Positions 9,802 to 19,181 of a stretch of DNA of 64,000 bases are shown here, piece after piece; positions within the stretch are counted from its first letter, which is position 1, and every line of letters begins with the position of its first letter. The DNA is from Verrucomicrobiales bacterium (GTDB taxonomy: Bacteria > Verrucomicrobiota > Verrucomicrobiia > Limisphaerales > CANJXF01): positions 1,273 to 65,272 of the forward strand of contig CANJXF010000007.1 in NCBI GenBank assembly GCA_947478865.1. The letters run 5' to 3'. The notes under the pieces were generated by a model. The model had not been told where the DNA came from. It made no database searches and saw nothing but the letters and a program-made list of their open reading frames with translations. The position numbers and the translations under genes were made by a program.

Positions 9802-10587
9802 TTAAGCAACGGCGGGTTCAGTCGGAGCAGCGGCAGGTGCTTCGGCAGCTGGAGCAGCTTCGGCAGCGGCGGCTTCGGTTTTGCGGCGAGCGTGCTTGGA
9901 ATCAAACTCCGCTTTCGCCTGAACGATGGTTTGCACGACGGTCGCCAGAATGACACGGACGGAACGGATGGCGTCGTCGTTCGCTGGAATCGGATACTCG
10001 GTGAGGTCAGGATTACAGTTGGTGTCAACGATCGCGACGATCGGGATTTTCAAGCGGCGCGCCTCGGCGATGGCGTTGTGCTCGCGCTTGATGTCCACGA
10101 CGAACATGGCCGCCGGGAATTTGTCCATGACGCGGATACCGTCGAGATTTTTGAAGAGGCGCGCGGCTTCGCGGCGGTAAACGGCTTGTTCCTGTTTGCC
10201 GTACTGATTGATGCTGCCGTCGGCTTCCATCTTCTCGATTTGTTTCATGCGAGCGATGGATTTCTTGACGGTTTGGAAATTGGTCAACGTTCCGCCCAGC
10301 CAGCGTTCCGTGATGTAAAGTTGTCCGCAGCCCTTGGCTGATTCCTTGATCGCTTCCTGGGCTTGTTTCTTGGTGCCAACGAAGAGAATGTGGCCACCTT
10401 TGCTGACGGTCTGGCTCAAAAAGTCGCAAGCAGTTTGGAGCTGCGTGAGAGTTTTGCTGAGGTCGATGATGTGAATGCCGTTGCGCGCATCAAAGATGAA
10501 CGGTTTCATCTTCGGGTTCCAACGCTTGGTCTGATGTCCGAAATGAACGCCAGCGTCCAACAATTCTTTTACTCCAATACTGATCAT
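9802..10587 (-). CDS. rpsB: 30S ribosomal protein S2
   Basis: It has the GVHFGHQTKRWNPKM motif, an A/P/E-rich C-terminal tail, and lies directly upstream of tsf. Confidence 0.95.
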   Translation of the reverse strand: MISIGVKELLDAGVHFGHQTKRWNPKMKPFIFDARNGIHIIDLSKTLTQLQTACDFLSQTVSKGGHILFVGTKKQAQEAIKESAKGCGQLYITERWLGGTLTNFQTVKKSIARMKQIEKMEADGSINQYGKQEQAVYRREAARLFKNLDGIRVMDKFPAAMFVVDIKREHNAIAEARRLKIPIVAIVDTNCNPDLTEYPIPANDDAIRSVRVILATVVQTIVQAKAEFDSKHARRKTEAAAAEAAPAAEAPAAAPTEPAVA

Positions 10588-10784
10588 AGTTCCTTTTGTT
10601 AAAGACTCGGAGATTTACCCTGAGCCATCCCGCGGAAAACGGGATTAATTTTGATGTTATGGTGGCCGCCCGACTTCACACGAAGACAGATTTGAGGCCG
10701 TTCACCCCTTCCCAGAACCCAGCGGTCCTGACGAAAGGGCTTTGCAAAATATCAAAGTTCGTCCATGTAGCAACTGATTTTTCG

Positions 10785-11372
10785 ATGAAGCCAGCGCCCC
10801 CATCATCCCAGCAAAACGCGGCCCGGCCGAGGGCCGGAATGGAGGTTTGCATTCTGGCGGGCGGTTTAAGCACCCGGATGGGGCGGAATAAAGCCCTGCT
10901 GCGCCTCGGCGGGAAAACCCTGCTGACGCACATTCGCCAGGCGGCCGGAAAGCTCGGGCTGCCCATTCGCGTCATCCGGCGCGATCTGGTTCCACGCTGC
11001 GGACCGCTGGGCGGAATCTACACCGCATTGAAAACAAGCGGCGCGGACGCCGTTCTTTTTCTGGCGTGCGACATGCCATTCGTGAGCGAGGCGCTGCTAG
11101 CTCGATTGCTGAAAGAATTCCATGCCGCCGGTCGGCGTGCCGTTTTCACTACGCAAAAGTCGGTCGCTGGCTTTCCGTTGGTGCTGGGTGCTGAAACAGG
11201 GCCGCTGGTGGAGCAATTGATCCTGGAGAAAAGATTTTCGCTGCAAAACCTGGCGCTTAAATCCGGCGCAAAACGGTTTCGACCGGGCCGAACGTTCCTG
11301 AATGATTTACGCAATGCCAACACGCCGGACGACTGGGCTGGGTTGCGCAAGGAATTCGCAAAAAAGAGCTGA
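10785..11372 (+). CDS. mobA: Molybdenum cofactor guanylyltransferase (MobA-like NTP transferase)
   Basis: It has the ILAGGLSTRMGRNKALL N-terminal motif and the LACDMPF block. The start is uncertain (ATG 10785 or ATG 10839), and the TTG at 10596 is unlikely. Confidence 0.8.
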   Translation: MKPAPPSSQQNAARPRAGMEVCILAGGLSTRMGRNKALLRLGGKTLLTHIRQAAGKLGLPIRVIRRDLVPRCGPLGGIYTALKTSGADAVLFLACDMPFVSEALLARLLKEFHAAGRRAVFTTQKSVAGFPLVLGAETGPLVEQLILEKRFSLQNLALKSGAKRFRPGRTFLNDLRNANTPDDWAGLRKEFAKKS

Positions 11373-11413
11373 ATGTTTGGCAAGGGCCGCTTGTCAATTA
11401 GCCGCGAAACGCT

Positions 11414-12397
11414 ATGGTTGTGCCTATGTTATTCCTGAGTCTCTTTTGCCTCCTCCTTTTTTCCGGAACGCAACTTTTGCCGGCGGCCACAGTGCAATTG
11501 AAGGACAGCGCCTCGGTCTCGGGAAAGATTTTGGCGGAAAAACGCGACCAATTGGTCGTCGACATCGGCTACACGACCCTGGTCATTCCACGCAGTCAAA
11601 TCGTCAAAGTTTTGCAAACCGACGCGGCTTCGGTCAAAGCGCCTCCTGCCGCAGCTTCCGTGGCGCAGGTGGAAAAGCCAGTTGAAACCAAGTCAGGCAT
11701 GTTCTCCACCTCGGCCAAACCGCCGCCAGAGCGGAGCGTGCGCGACCTGGTCCAACAACTGGGCGAATCGGTCGTGCAAGTGCGGACGCCCGGCGGATTG
11801 GGCTCGGGATTCATTATCAACGAGGATGGTTTTCTGATCACGAACTTCCACGTGATCGAGGGCGAGACTCAGATTTCCATCGAGGTTTACCATCAGAAAA
11901 ATGGGGAGCTGGAACGGCGCAATTACAAGCAGGTTCGAATCATTGCCATCAATAAGTTCCAGGACCTCGCGCTGCTCCACATCGAAGACAAAGACACGCC
12001 GAAGTTTGCCCGCGTTTTCCTGGGCGATTCTGAATTGCTCTCCGTCGGCGAGCGTGTTTTTGCGATCGGCAGCCCGCTCGGGCTGGAGCGCACGGTGACG
12101 GAAGGCATCGTCAGCACCAAGACGCGCGAAATGCAGGGCGACCTCTATTTGCAGACCACAGCGCAAATCAATCCGGGCAACAGCGGCGGGCCGCTCTTTA
12201 ACTTGCGCGGCGAAGTCATCGGCGTGACCAATATGAAAATCACCTTTGGCGAAGGACTCGGGTTTGCCATTCCGATTGAGCAGGTGAAATTTTTCCTGAA
12301 TCACCGCGACGCCTTCGCTTACGACAACGACAATCCAAGCAATCCATTTCGCTACCTTGAACCGCCCAGCCGCGTCAAACAGCAGTCGAAGAAATAG
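11414..12397 (+). CDS. Secreted trypsin-like serine protease (S1C, HtrA-like catalytic domain without an obvious PDZ)
   Basis: It has a signal peptide and the catalytic triad context: TNFHVIEG (His), DLALLHIE (Asp), GNSGGPLF (Ser). Confidence 0.85.
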   Translation: MVVPMLFLSLFCLLLFSGTQLLPAATVQLKDSASVSGKILAEKRDQLVVDIGYTTLVIPRSQIVKVLQTDAASVKAPPAAASVAQVEKPVETKSGMFSTSAKPPPERSVRDLVQQLGESVVQVRTPGGLGSGFIINEDGFLITNFHVIEGETQISIEVYHQKNGELERRNYKQVRIIAINKFQDLALLHIEDKDTPKFARVFLGDSELLSVGERVFAIGSPLGLERTVTEGIVSTKTREMQGDLYLQTTAQINPGNSGGPLFNLRGEVIGVTNMKITFGEGLGFAIPIEQVKFFLNHRDAFAYDNDNPSNPFRYLEPPSRVKQQSKK

Positions 12398-12424
12398 GGA
12401 ATTCAGGAACTCAATCTTTCAACT

Positions 12425-14299
12425 ATGAAGCGCTATTTTATCTTTGCGGCCGCAGTTTTTGCCCTGGCTATTTCCGCCCGAGCGCAAGTGCCTCCGGCCG
12501 AGAAACTGTTGCCCAACGACACGTTGATGCTCTTCAGCGTTCCCGACGCGGCGAAGTTCCGTTCCGTTTTCAAATCATCGTGCTACGGCCAGCTCTGGAA
12601 TGAGCCTTCGATGAAGCCGTTCAAAGACAAATTTACCACCAAATTCATGTCGGACGTGGTGTCGCCGCTGGAAAAGGAATTTGGGGTCAACTTCTCGGAC
12701 TACACCGCCATGGCCCAAGGGCAGTTTACCTTTGCCGTCACGCAGAATGGCTGGCAGGGAAAAACCAATGAAACGCCCGGCTGGATTCTCCTGCTCGACA
12801 CGAAGGAACAAAGCAGTTTGCTGAAAAGCAACCTCACGGAACTGAAAAAGAAATGGGTCGATTCCGGCAAGCAAATCAAGGCCGACAAGATTCGGGATGT
12901 TGAGTTCACGACCCTGATGACGTCCACCGACGAAATTTCCAAGATCATGGAAAAGATTTTCCCTCGCACAAAGACTGAGCCCGCGGACGAACCCAAGTCG
13001 CCTTCAGCAAAAGTCGAGATCCTGGTGGGCCAAAGCGGCCCGCTGTTGCTGGTGGGGAATTCGGCCAAGGTGATGGAAAAAGTTCTGGTGCACCAGACAG
13101 GCGGCCTAGCCCCTTCCTTGATCGATGAGGCGGCTTACGAGGCCAATCACAACGCGATGTTCCGCGATGCGCCGCTTTATGCGTGGTTCAACCTGAAGCC
13201 GTTGCTTGACGTGTTTAGTCGAGACACTTCCGAATCCACTTCGAGCAATCCGTTGATGCCCAAGCCGGACAAAATCATTTCTGCCACAGGCCTGGGCGGA
13301 CTGAAAACCGTCGCCTTCAGCTACCGCAACGGGGCCGAAGGAATGTCGATGCAGGTTTCCCTCAGCATCCCGGAAGCAAATCGCACCGGCCTTTTCAAGA
13401 TGCTCGCGGCTGAACCCAAGGAATCCACGGCGCCGGCGTTCGTTCCGGCTGACGTGACAAAATTCACGCGGTGGCGGATCAATTTGCCGAAGGCCTGGAC
13501 CGGTTTTGAAAACATGCTGACGGACATTTCGCCAGCGGTGGGCGGCGCTTTCAAACTGATTTTCGAGACGGCTGGAAAAGAGAAAGATCCGAATTTTGAT
13601 TTGAGGAAGGAGCTGGTCGGCAATCTCGCGGATGACGTGATCAACTACGAGAAAAAGCCGGCGAGCGGCGCGAATCTGAACTCGCCTCCGTCCATTTACC
13701 TGCTGGGCTCAGCGAATCCCGACAAGCTGGCCAACGCGCTGAAGGTCGGCCTGTCGCTCCTTTCCCCCGCCCCGCTCAAGGACCGGGATTTTCTGGGGAG
13801 AAAGATTTACACGATTGCCGGCTCCCCGCTTTTGGCGGGAGATTCCAAAGAGCCGGCGCGCGGACTGGATTTCTCGGCCAGCGGCGGATACGTCGCCCTT
13901 TCCTCCGACACGCCGATTCTGGAGGAATTTTTGCGCAGCAGCGAAACGAAAGCCAAGCCGCTGTCCGAAACGGCCGGGTTCAAGGAAGCGGCCGAAAAAG
14001 TAGGCGGGACGGGACTGGGCTTGTTCGGCTTCAACAACCATTCGGAAGAAATGCGCGCAACCTGGACGGCGCTGAAGAAAGAGTCCGCCACGCTTTCCGA
14101 CTTGCTCAAAAACCCGGCGCTCGGCCCGAAAACGCCCGCGGAAAAAACCAAGATGAACGAATGGGCAGATTTTTCATTGATGCCTCAATACGACAGCGTG
14201 GCGAAATATTTTCACTTCTCGGTTTATGGAGGGAATTTCAACGCGAACGGGTTCACGATGAAGTTTTTCTATCCGACGCCGCCGCTGCTGAAGCAGTAA
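12425..14299 (+). CDS. Secreted hypothetical protein (624 aa)
   Basis: It has a clear signal peptide (MKRYFIFAAAVFALAISARA/Q), coding-like composition and a long uninterrupted ORF. I assign no family. Confidence 0.6.
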   Translation: MKRYFIFAAAVFALAISARAQVPPAEKLLPNDTLMLFSVPDAAKFRSVFKSSCYGQLWNEPSMKPFKDKFTTKFMSDVVSPLEKEFGVNFSDYTAMAQGQFTFAVTQNGWQGKTNETPGWILLLDTKEQSSLLKSNLTELKKKWVDSGKQIKADKIRDVEFTTLMTSTDEISKIMEKIFPRTKTEPADEPKSPSAKVEILVGQSGPLLLVGNSAKVMEKVLVHQTGGLAPSLIDEAAYEANHNAMFRDAPLYAWFNLKPLLDVFSRDTSESTSSNPLMPKPDKIISATGLGGLKTVAFSYRNGAEGMSMQVSLSIPEANRTGLFKMLAAEPKESTAPAFVPADVTKFTRWRINLPKAWTGFENMLTDISPAVGGAFKLIFETAGKEKDPNFDLRKELVGNLADDVINYEKKPASGANLNSPPSIYLLGSANPDKLANALKVGLSLLSPAPLKDRDFLGRKIYTIAGSPLLAGDSKEPARGLDFSASGGYVALSSDTPILEEFLRSSETKAKPLSETAGFKEAAEKVGGTGLGLFGFNNHSEEMRATWTALKKESATLSDLLKNPALGPKTPAEKTKMNEWADFSLMPQYDSVAKYFHFSVYGGNFNANGFTMKFFYPTPPLLKQ

Positions 14300-14422
14300 T
14301 TTGCGAACGCCAGCGCCCGAAAAATAAGCCAAAGGTTGACCCGTGCGTTCGGCGTTGTTGTCCTGCGTGGATAGCCATCCGGAAAAGACTTCTGGAAGCT
14401 AGCGTGTTCGATTTCCAGTCAC

Positions 14423-14758
14423 TTACGGGGAGCTTCGGTCAGGGTGGTCACGGCGTGGCAAGTAGATGAACAGAGCAGCGATGACCACTGCAACGACGCT
14501 GATAAAAGCAGGACGAAACGGAACCATCATCGGGAAAAGATGAATCGGCACCTCGGGACGCAACCAAAGAACCTCACACGCCGCGTAGGCAAGCAACGAA
14601 GCAGCGTAACACCCGAGCAACCAAGTGCTGTAGTGAAGGTCGTTCGAGGCATTAATGGTCCCGTCCTCGCGAATATAGTCCTGCGCCCAAAGAACAAAAG
14701 AGACGGCTCGAGCCAAGCGGGAAAGCCCAAAGTGCCGCGAAAAGAACTGCGGCTGCAA
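14423..14758 (-). CDS. Small membrane protein, possibly frameshifted at its 5' end
   Basis: The ORF has two TM segments. An ATG at 14783 in another frame encodes a further TM-like N-terminus (see finding). Confidence 0.4.
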   Translation of the reverse strand: MQPQFFSRHFGLSRLARAVSFVLWAQDYIREDGTINASNDLHYSTWLLGCYAASLLAYAACEVLWLRPEVPIHLFPMMVPFRPAFISVVAVVIAALFIYLPRRDHPDRSSP

Positions 14759-14986
14759 ATCCGATGGCTTTCGAGTGGTTCATTTGCGAGGTGTGCGAAA
14801 AAATGCCCAACAATTAATTTACGAACCGTTGTTCGCGCATTGTTTGATATGCGACCCGCTTTTCATGTGCGGCTCCAATCAAAGCGGTTCTGTGAAGGAC
14901 GATTCTCGGGAGTTCGCATCCGACCCGTTGCCATCGCGTTGAAGCGGAACAAATTCACGCTCCGTTTCGCTTTTCCGTTTTCTATC

Positions 14987-17317
14987 TCACTCCTGCGGAT
15001 AAACCAGAATGCGATCGTGGACCAGAACCACGAGATCATTTTTCCCGTCGCCCGTCACGTCAGCCACCACTGCTTCGCGCGGTTCGGTAACGTCGTTGCG
15101 GCGCGAACGGAAGGTGCGCTCTTCGAAAACCGGCCAGCGATTCGCGGGCACCAGTTGATGCGGCGGCTCGAACATGACAAGGTCGACGTAGTTTCTCGCC
15201 GTCTCAAGGAACACCAGGTCTCTGCGGCCGTCGTTATTCAAATCACCGGAAATGACATCGTTCAAACGCCCGTCCTTGATCGGGGTTTCGTAACCATCAA
15301 GTTCGGTGAATTCCCATTTCTTGCCGCCCAGTTTCATCCAGGCCACCGAGTTGTTGCCCAGAAAAGCGATGCTGTTGGCGTTGGTCGATTTCAAACCGAT
15401 GCTCTGTAGTTCGCCAAAATCGGTAACCGGCAAAAAGACATTGCGCACCACCTGCCAAACGCCGGCGGCGTCGCGCTCACACAAGGTCAACGCCTTGCGC
15501 TCCGCATCGAGCAAGAACAGGAGCGGGACGCGATTCGTTCCATTGGAGAGCGGGGTGGCTCCGACGATTCTGGAATTGCTCGAGGTGCCGTTGATTTGCT
15601 CTTTGACGATGAAACTCCAGGCTGGCTTGGAAACGGTTCCTTTGTTTTGCGTGTCGGACTTCAAAACCACGGCGCGCAGGAAGTTCTTTTGAGCCAGGAG
15701 CAATTCTGGTTTTCCATCGCCATCCACGTCGGCCGCGCTCAACCAGGGCAGCTCAACCGAACCGCCGGGCGGAACAATATCCTGCTCGTCGAAACTTTTT
15801 CCGGGCACCTGGAGCAACACCTTGATTTTTTCATAGGGCACGAGAACCACGATGTCCGCGAGACCATCCTGGTTCGCATCATGAATCGCGATGGAACTAG
15901 GATTGGATTTGAAAGTTTCGTTAAGTTTTTGCGTGCGGGTTTTGTCGTCCGCGGTGCGGGTGACCAGCACGCGCCGGTTTTCCTGTTCGAGAATCAACGC
16001 CAGCGTCGGTTTGCCCTGCGGCTCAATCACGCCCACGGCCATGGCCAGCGGCTTGCCCTCGATCGGCAAGATGGTGGGGAACGGGATGCGCCCGTTTTTG
16101 TCCAGGCGACTGACGCCAACCTGACGTTCATCCGCGCTGAGCAAAAATATTTCCGGAACGCCGTCGCCATCCCAATCGGCCACGGTCAAATCGCTCACGC
16201 CGGTCAGTGTGGGAAATCGCTTGGCCGATTGCAGCGATCCGTCCGGATTCTGATAATAAACCGCCAACTGCCCGCTGTCCGGCTCGCTGACGAGCAAATC
16301 CTGCAAGCGATCTCCGTTGATGTCCGCCCAGACCACGCCACGGTGCGCGCGGCTGGTTTTGTTGAGCGGCAGGACTTCGAATTGACCCTGCCGCAAGTTG
16401 CCATCGAGCGGTTCGGCGGGTTTCAACGTGAAATTGGAAACCTGCGCGCGACCGGAATTCTGGGCGATGGTGATGATCTCCGTTTTGTGATCGGCATCCA
16501 GGTCATCCGCCCAGTAGGACCGAATGGCGGGCAGCGCAAAATGAATCTCCGGCCCCAGTTGACCTTCAGCATTTTGCAGCCGGAATCGAAATGGATTCGG
16601 GCTGTCCCAATTCACGAGGAGGAGATCGTCGCGGCCATCGCCATCGATATCCAAAACCTGGATCGCCTTGACGACGTCGGTAAACGGAATTTTCTCCGGC
16701 TCGGAAAGCGAATGATCCGGATTCTGGTAGAGCACATAAATCTGGCTGTCGCCCAGGAGGAGCAGATCGGGGCGTTTATCTCCGTTCAAATCTCCGGACA
16801 CCAGGGCGTTGACCGTGAATTGCCCGTCCAAAATGGGCCAGCGTTTCGGCGCGCTCCAATTGTTGGTGCCCTCGTTGTATTGGACGACAAGCTCCTTTGG
16901 GTCGCCATAATAGGCGAGATCCGGGCGTCCATCGCCATTGATATCCGTGACGACGAGCGAGGAAATTCTTTTTTCCGAGGCAATGGATTCGATTTTAAAA
17001 CGGGATCCCGGCGGAAGTTCATTCAACTCGCGCTTGAATTCGACTGGCTGCACAGCCGCGCGATTGGTCTTGCCGGTTTGGTTGTAGAGCAAATTGATTT
17101 TCGAGCGGGAATTGTTGACGAGAATCAGGTCAGGACGCCCGTCGCCATCCAAATCGGCTGCGTGCAACTGGCCGATCTGGCTGTCGATCGGGAAAATCTC
17201 CGGGCCGGTGAATCCGAATCGGCTGACGTTGGTTTCGGCGCGGCTGGAAAAGGTTCCGGCACTGATCAGCGAGAAAATTAAAATCCGTTTTAGGTGGAAG
17301 CTGAAGTCTTTCATCAT
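14987..17317 (-). CDS. Secreted FG-GAP/VCBS repeat protein
   Basis: Calcium-binding-type repeats recur throughout (DLDGDGRPDL, DINGDGRPDL, DLNGDKRPDL, DIDGDGRDDL, DWDGDGVPE, DVDGDGKPE). A signal-like N-terminus follows the ATG at 17317; an alternative GTG lies at 17341. Confidence 0.85.
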   Translation of the reverse strand: MMKDFSFHLKRILIFSLISAGTFSSRAETNVSRFGFTGPEIFPIDSQIGQLHAADLDGDGRPDLILVNNSRSKINLLYNQTGKTNRAAVQPVEFKRELNELPPGSRFKIESIASEKRISSLVVTDINGDGRPDLAYYGDPKELVVQYNEGTNNWSAPKRWPILDGQFTVNALVSGDLNGDKRPDLLLLGDSQIYVLYQNPDHSLSEPEKIPFTDVVKAIQVLDIDGDGRDDLLLVNWDSPNPFRFRLQNAEGQLGPEIHFALPAIRSYWADDLDADHKTEIITIAQNSGRAQVSNFTLKPAEPLDGNLRQGQFEVLPLNKTSRAHRGVVWADINGDRLQDLLVSEPDSGQLAVYYQNPDGSLQSAKRFPTLTGVSDLTVADWDGDGVPEIFLLSADERQVGVSRLDKNGRIPFPTILPIEGKPLAMAVGVIEPQGKPTLALILEQENRRVLVTRTADDKTRTQKLNETFKSNPSSIAIHDANQDGLADIVVLVPYEKIKVLLQVPGKSFDEQDIVPPGGSVELPWLSAADVDGDGKPELLLAQKNFLRAVVLKSDTQNKGTVSKPAWSFIVKEQINGTSSNSRIVGATPLSNGTNRVPLLFLLDAERKALTLCERDAAGVWQVVRNVFLPVTDFGELQSIGLKSTNANSIAFLGNNSVAWMKLGGKKWEFTELDGYETPIKDGRLNDVISGDLNNDGRRDLVFLETARNYVDLVMFEPPHQLVPANRWPVFEERTFRSRRNDVTEPREAVVADVTGDGKNDLVVLVHDRILVYPQE

Positions 17318-17362
17318 TTTCGTCACCACCGAAGCTGCCACCGGTTCTGAACCTTCGCCAGT

Positions 17363-17785
17363 TTATTCCCCGAGCAGGTGCACGGCGACGCGGCGGGTAT
17401 GGGGAATGGTGCGGTGCTCCCACAAAAAGATGCCCTGCCAGGTGCCAAGCGACAGTTGTCCACGGGAAATCGGGAGGCTCAAATTGACGGACGTCAAAGC
17501 CGTTCGCACATGAGCCGGCATGTCATCGTCGCCTTCGCAGGTGTGATGAAAAAGAGGATCGCCGTCTGGAACCAGGCGGGCGAAAAAACGCTCAAAATCA
17601 CGCCGCACTTCGGGATCGGCATTCTCCTGAATGACGAGCGACGCCGAGGTGTGTTGAAGGTGGAGCGTGGCCAGGCCGGTCTGAAATTTCGCCGCGATCA
17701 CCAGCGCGTTTACGTTTTGGGTAAACTCGTAGAAGCCACGCCCCCGGGTCTTGATCACCAGTTCGTCAACGAGTTGGCTTAGCAT
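17363..17785 (-). CDS. YjbQ/UPF0047 family protein (secondary thiamine-phosphate synthase enzyme family)
   Basis: The 140-aa product from ATG 17785 has the characteristic HTSASL..QEN.DP..R.D and D.MPAH blocks. Confidence 0.85.
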   Translation of the reverse strand: MLSQLVDELVIKTRGRGFYEFTQNVNALVIAAKFQTGLATLHLQHTSASLVIQENADPEVRRDFERFFARLVPDGDPLFHHTCEGDDDMPAHVRTALTSVNLSLPISRGQLSLGTWQGIFLWEHRTIPHTRRVAVHLLGE

Positions 17786-17836
17786 AAAATGAATTTGAAC
17801 CCGTGCCCCGCGATGCAACACTCGCCCCAAGGCGGA

Positions 17837-19117
17837 TTAGTTTCGCGCCGCGAGGATTTTTTCCAAGTCAGGGCTTTTGCCGTGTCCAAGCGACAGGGCT
17901 TTTTGATAATGCCAGCGGGCCAGCTCGATATAGGCCGGCCGTTGCGTGGCGTAAATCACCGCCAGATTATGATGGGCGCCCGCATAGTTGGGCTGCAATT
18001 TGATCGCCGCGCGCAAGGCCGCTTCCGCTGCGACGCGTTGACCTTTCTGGCTCAACGTGATGCCGAGATAGTTCTGCGTCTCAGGATTTTGCGGGTCCAC
18101 TTTTGCGGATCGGCTCAAGACGTTGAGCGCTTCGTCGAAATTTCCCTGCCGAAATCGCACCATGCCGAGCAAGGTCAAACTGAAGGCGTCATTCGGGTCA
18201 ATTTGAAGGGCGCGCTGAATGTTTTCTTCCGCTTTGCCGACCTCGTTCAACTCCAGCTGGGTGGCGGCAAGATTGCCCAGGATGTAGGAATTTTTTTCGT
18301 CCTGACGGAGAACCTCGAGGTATTTCTTCTCGGCCTCGTCAAAATGTCTCGAAGCAAAAGCGCGTTCGGCCTGGGCGACCAGCGCTCCTGCGCCAGCGGG
18401 CAGCTCTTTGGATTTCTTGGCCGGCTTGGAATCGCCTGGGGCAAGCTGCGGCGCGCTGGCGACGAAAAGGGCAAGTTCCTCAGCCGTAAAAGGCATCGGC
18501 CGCGCTTCCAGGGCGGCGAGCCGGGCGCGCAATTGCTCCACTTCGCTGTTCTTTGAGACTTCGACTGGCTTTTTTGAACCCGCTTTTTTCTCGACCGGTT
18601 TTGAAGCCGATTCCTGGGCCAGCGCCGTCTTTAACGAGTCGCGCTCTTTTTGCAACTGAGCGACTTTTTCCTCCATTTTGGCCAATGCCTCCGGGCTGGC
18701 ACCGTTGGGCCGGGCGGAAAGCGATTCCTTTAGCTGCGCCTCGAGCAGGGCTTTTTCGGACTGCAAACGGCGGACCTCTTCCGCGGATAAATTGCTCGCG
18801 ACATTTGGTTCGGCCGCCGGTTTAGCCGGAACGGGTTCAGGGGCCGCTGTCAGGTTTTTTGAAGGCGTGAGTTTTTCATTCAGATAATTCAGCCGAAACT
18901 TCACGACCTCTTTGTTCCACTCCGGAGACTCGGACTGCAACTTCAACAACGCCGCCTGCGCTTGCCGATAGAGGTTCGTAGCGGCTTGGGCCTTGCCATC
19001 CAGATTCAATGTTTCCGCCTCGGCCACCATCTCATAAATTCGAATGTATTCCTCATCCGGACCTGCGGCACGGGCCAGTGTGGCAACCAGAAAAGTGATC
19101 AACAAAACCTTCTTCAT
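17837..19117 (-). CDS. Secreted coiled-coil/TPR repeat protein
   Basis: It has a signal peptide, a central coiled coil, and a C-terminal run of TPR units (AxxxxGxxxxxxGxxxEA pattern). Confidence 0.8.
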   Translation of the reverse strand: MKKVLLITFLVATLARAAGPDEEYIRIYEMVAEAETLNLDGKAQAATNLYRQAQAALLKLQSESPEWNKEVVKFRLNYLNEKLTPSKNLTAAPEPVPAKPAAEPNVASNLSAEEVRRLQSEKALLEAQLKESLSARPNGASPEALAKMEEKVAQLQKERDSLKTALAQESASKPVEKKAGSKKPVEVSKNSEVEQLRARLAALEARPMPFTAEELALFVASAPQLAPGDSKPAKKSKELPAGAGALVAQAERAFASRHFDEAEKKYLEVLRQDEKNSYILGNLAATQLELNEVGKAEENIQRALQIDPNDAFSLTLLGMVRFRQGNFDEALNVLSRSAKVDPQNPETQNYLGITLSQKGQRVAAEAALRAAIKLQPNYAGAHHNLAVIYATQRPAYIELARWHYQKALSLGHGKSPDLEKILAARN

Positions 19118-19181
19118 AGGACCGACAAATTAGTTGTTCATGAGGCGCTTTGGCAACGATTAGAATTCTAGCAGCGGAGTT

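Noticed and set aside
10588-10784. 197-bp rpsB/mobA divergent spacer with hairpin ATCCCG-cggaaaa-CGGGAT as a possible S2 autoregulatory leader
   Set aside because: It is a single short hairpin, and I know of no described rpsB leader motif for this lineage. The evidence is insufficient.
15596-17281. 561-aa ORF antisense to the FG-GAP/VCBS gene. The same applies to 2598..3518, 8071..8796, 8884..9711, 19053..20327, 22377..23312, 25157..26236, 32897..33955, 47513..49033, 56673..57875, 59263..60126 and 60377..61552.
   Set aside because: All are mirror ORFs of confidently identified genes. They have no recognisable motifs and skewed R/G/A/H composition. Their length reflects stop-codon depletion in high-GC DNA rather than coding.
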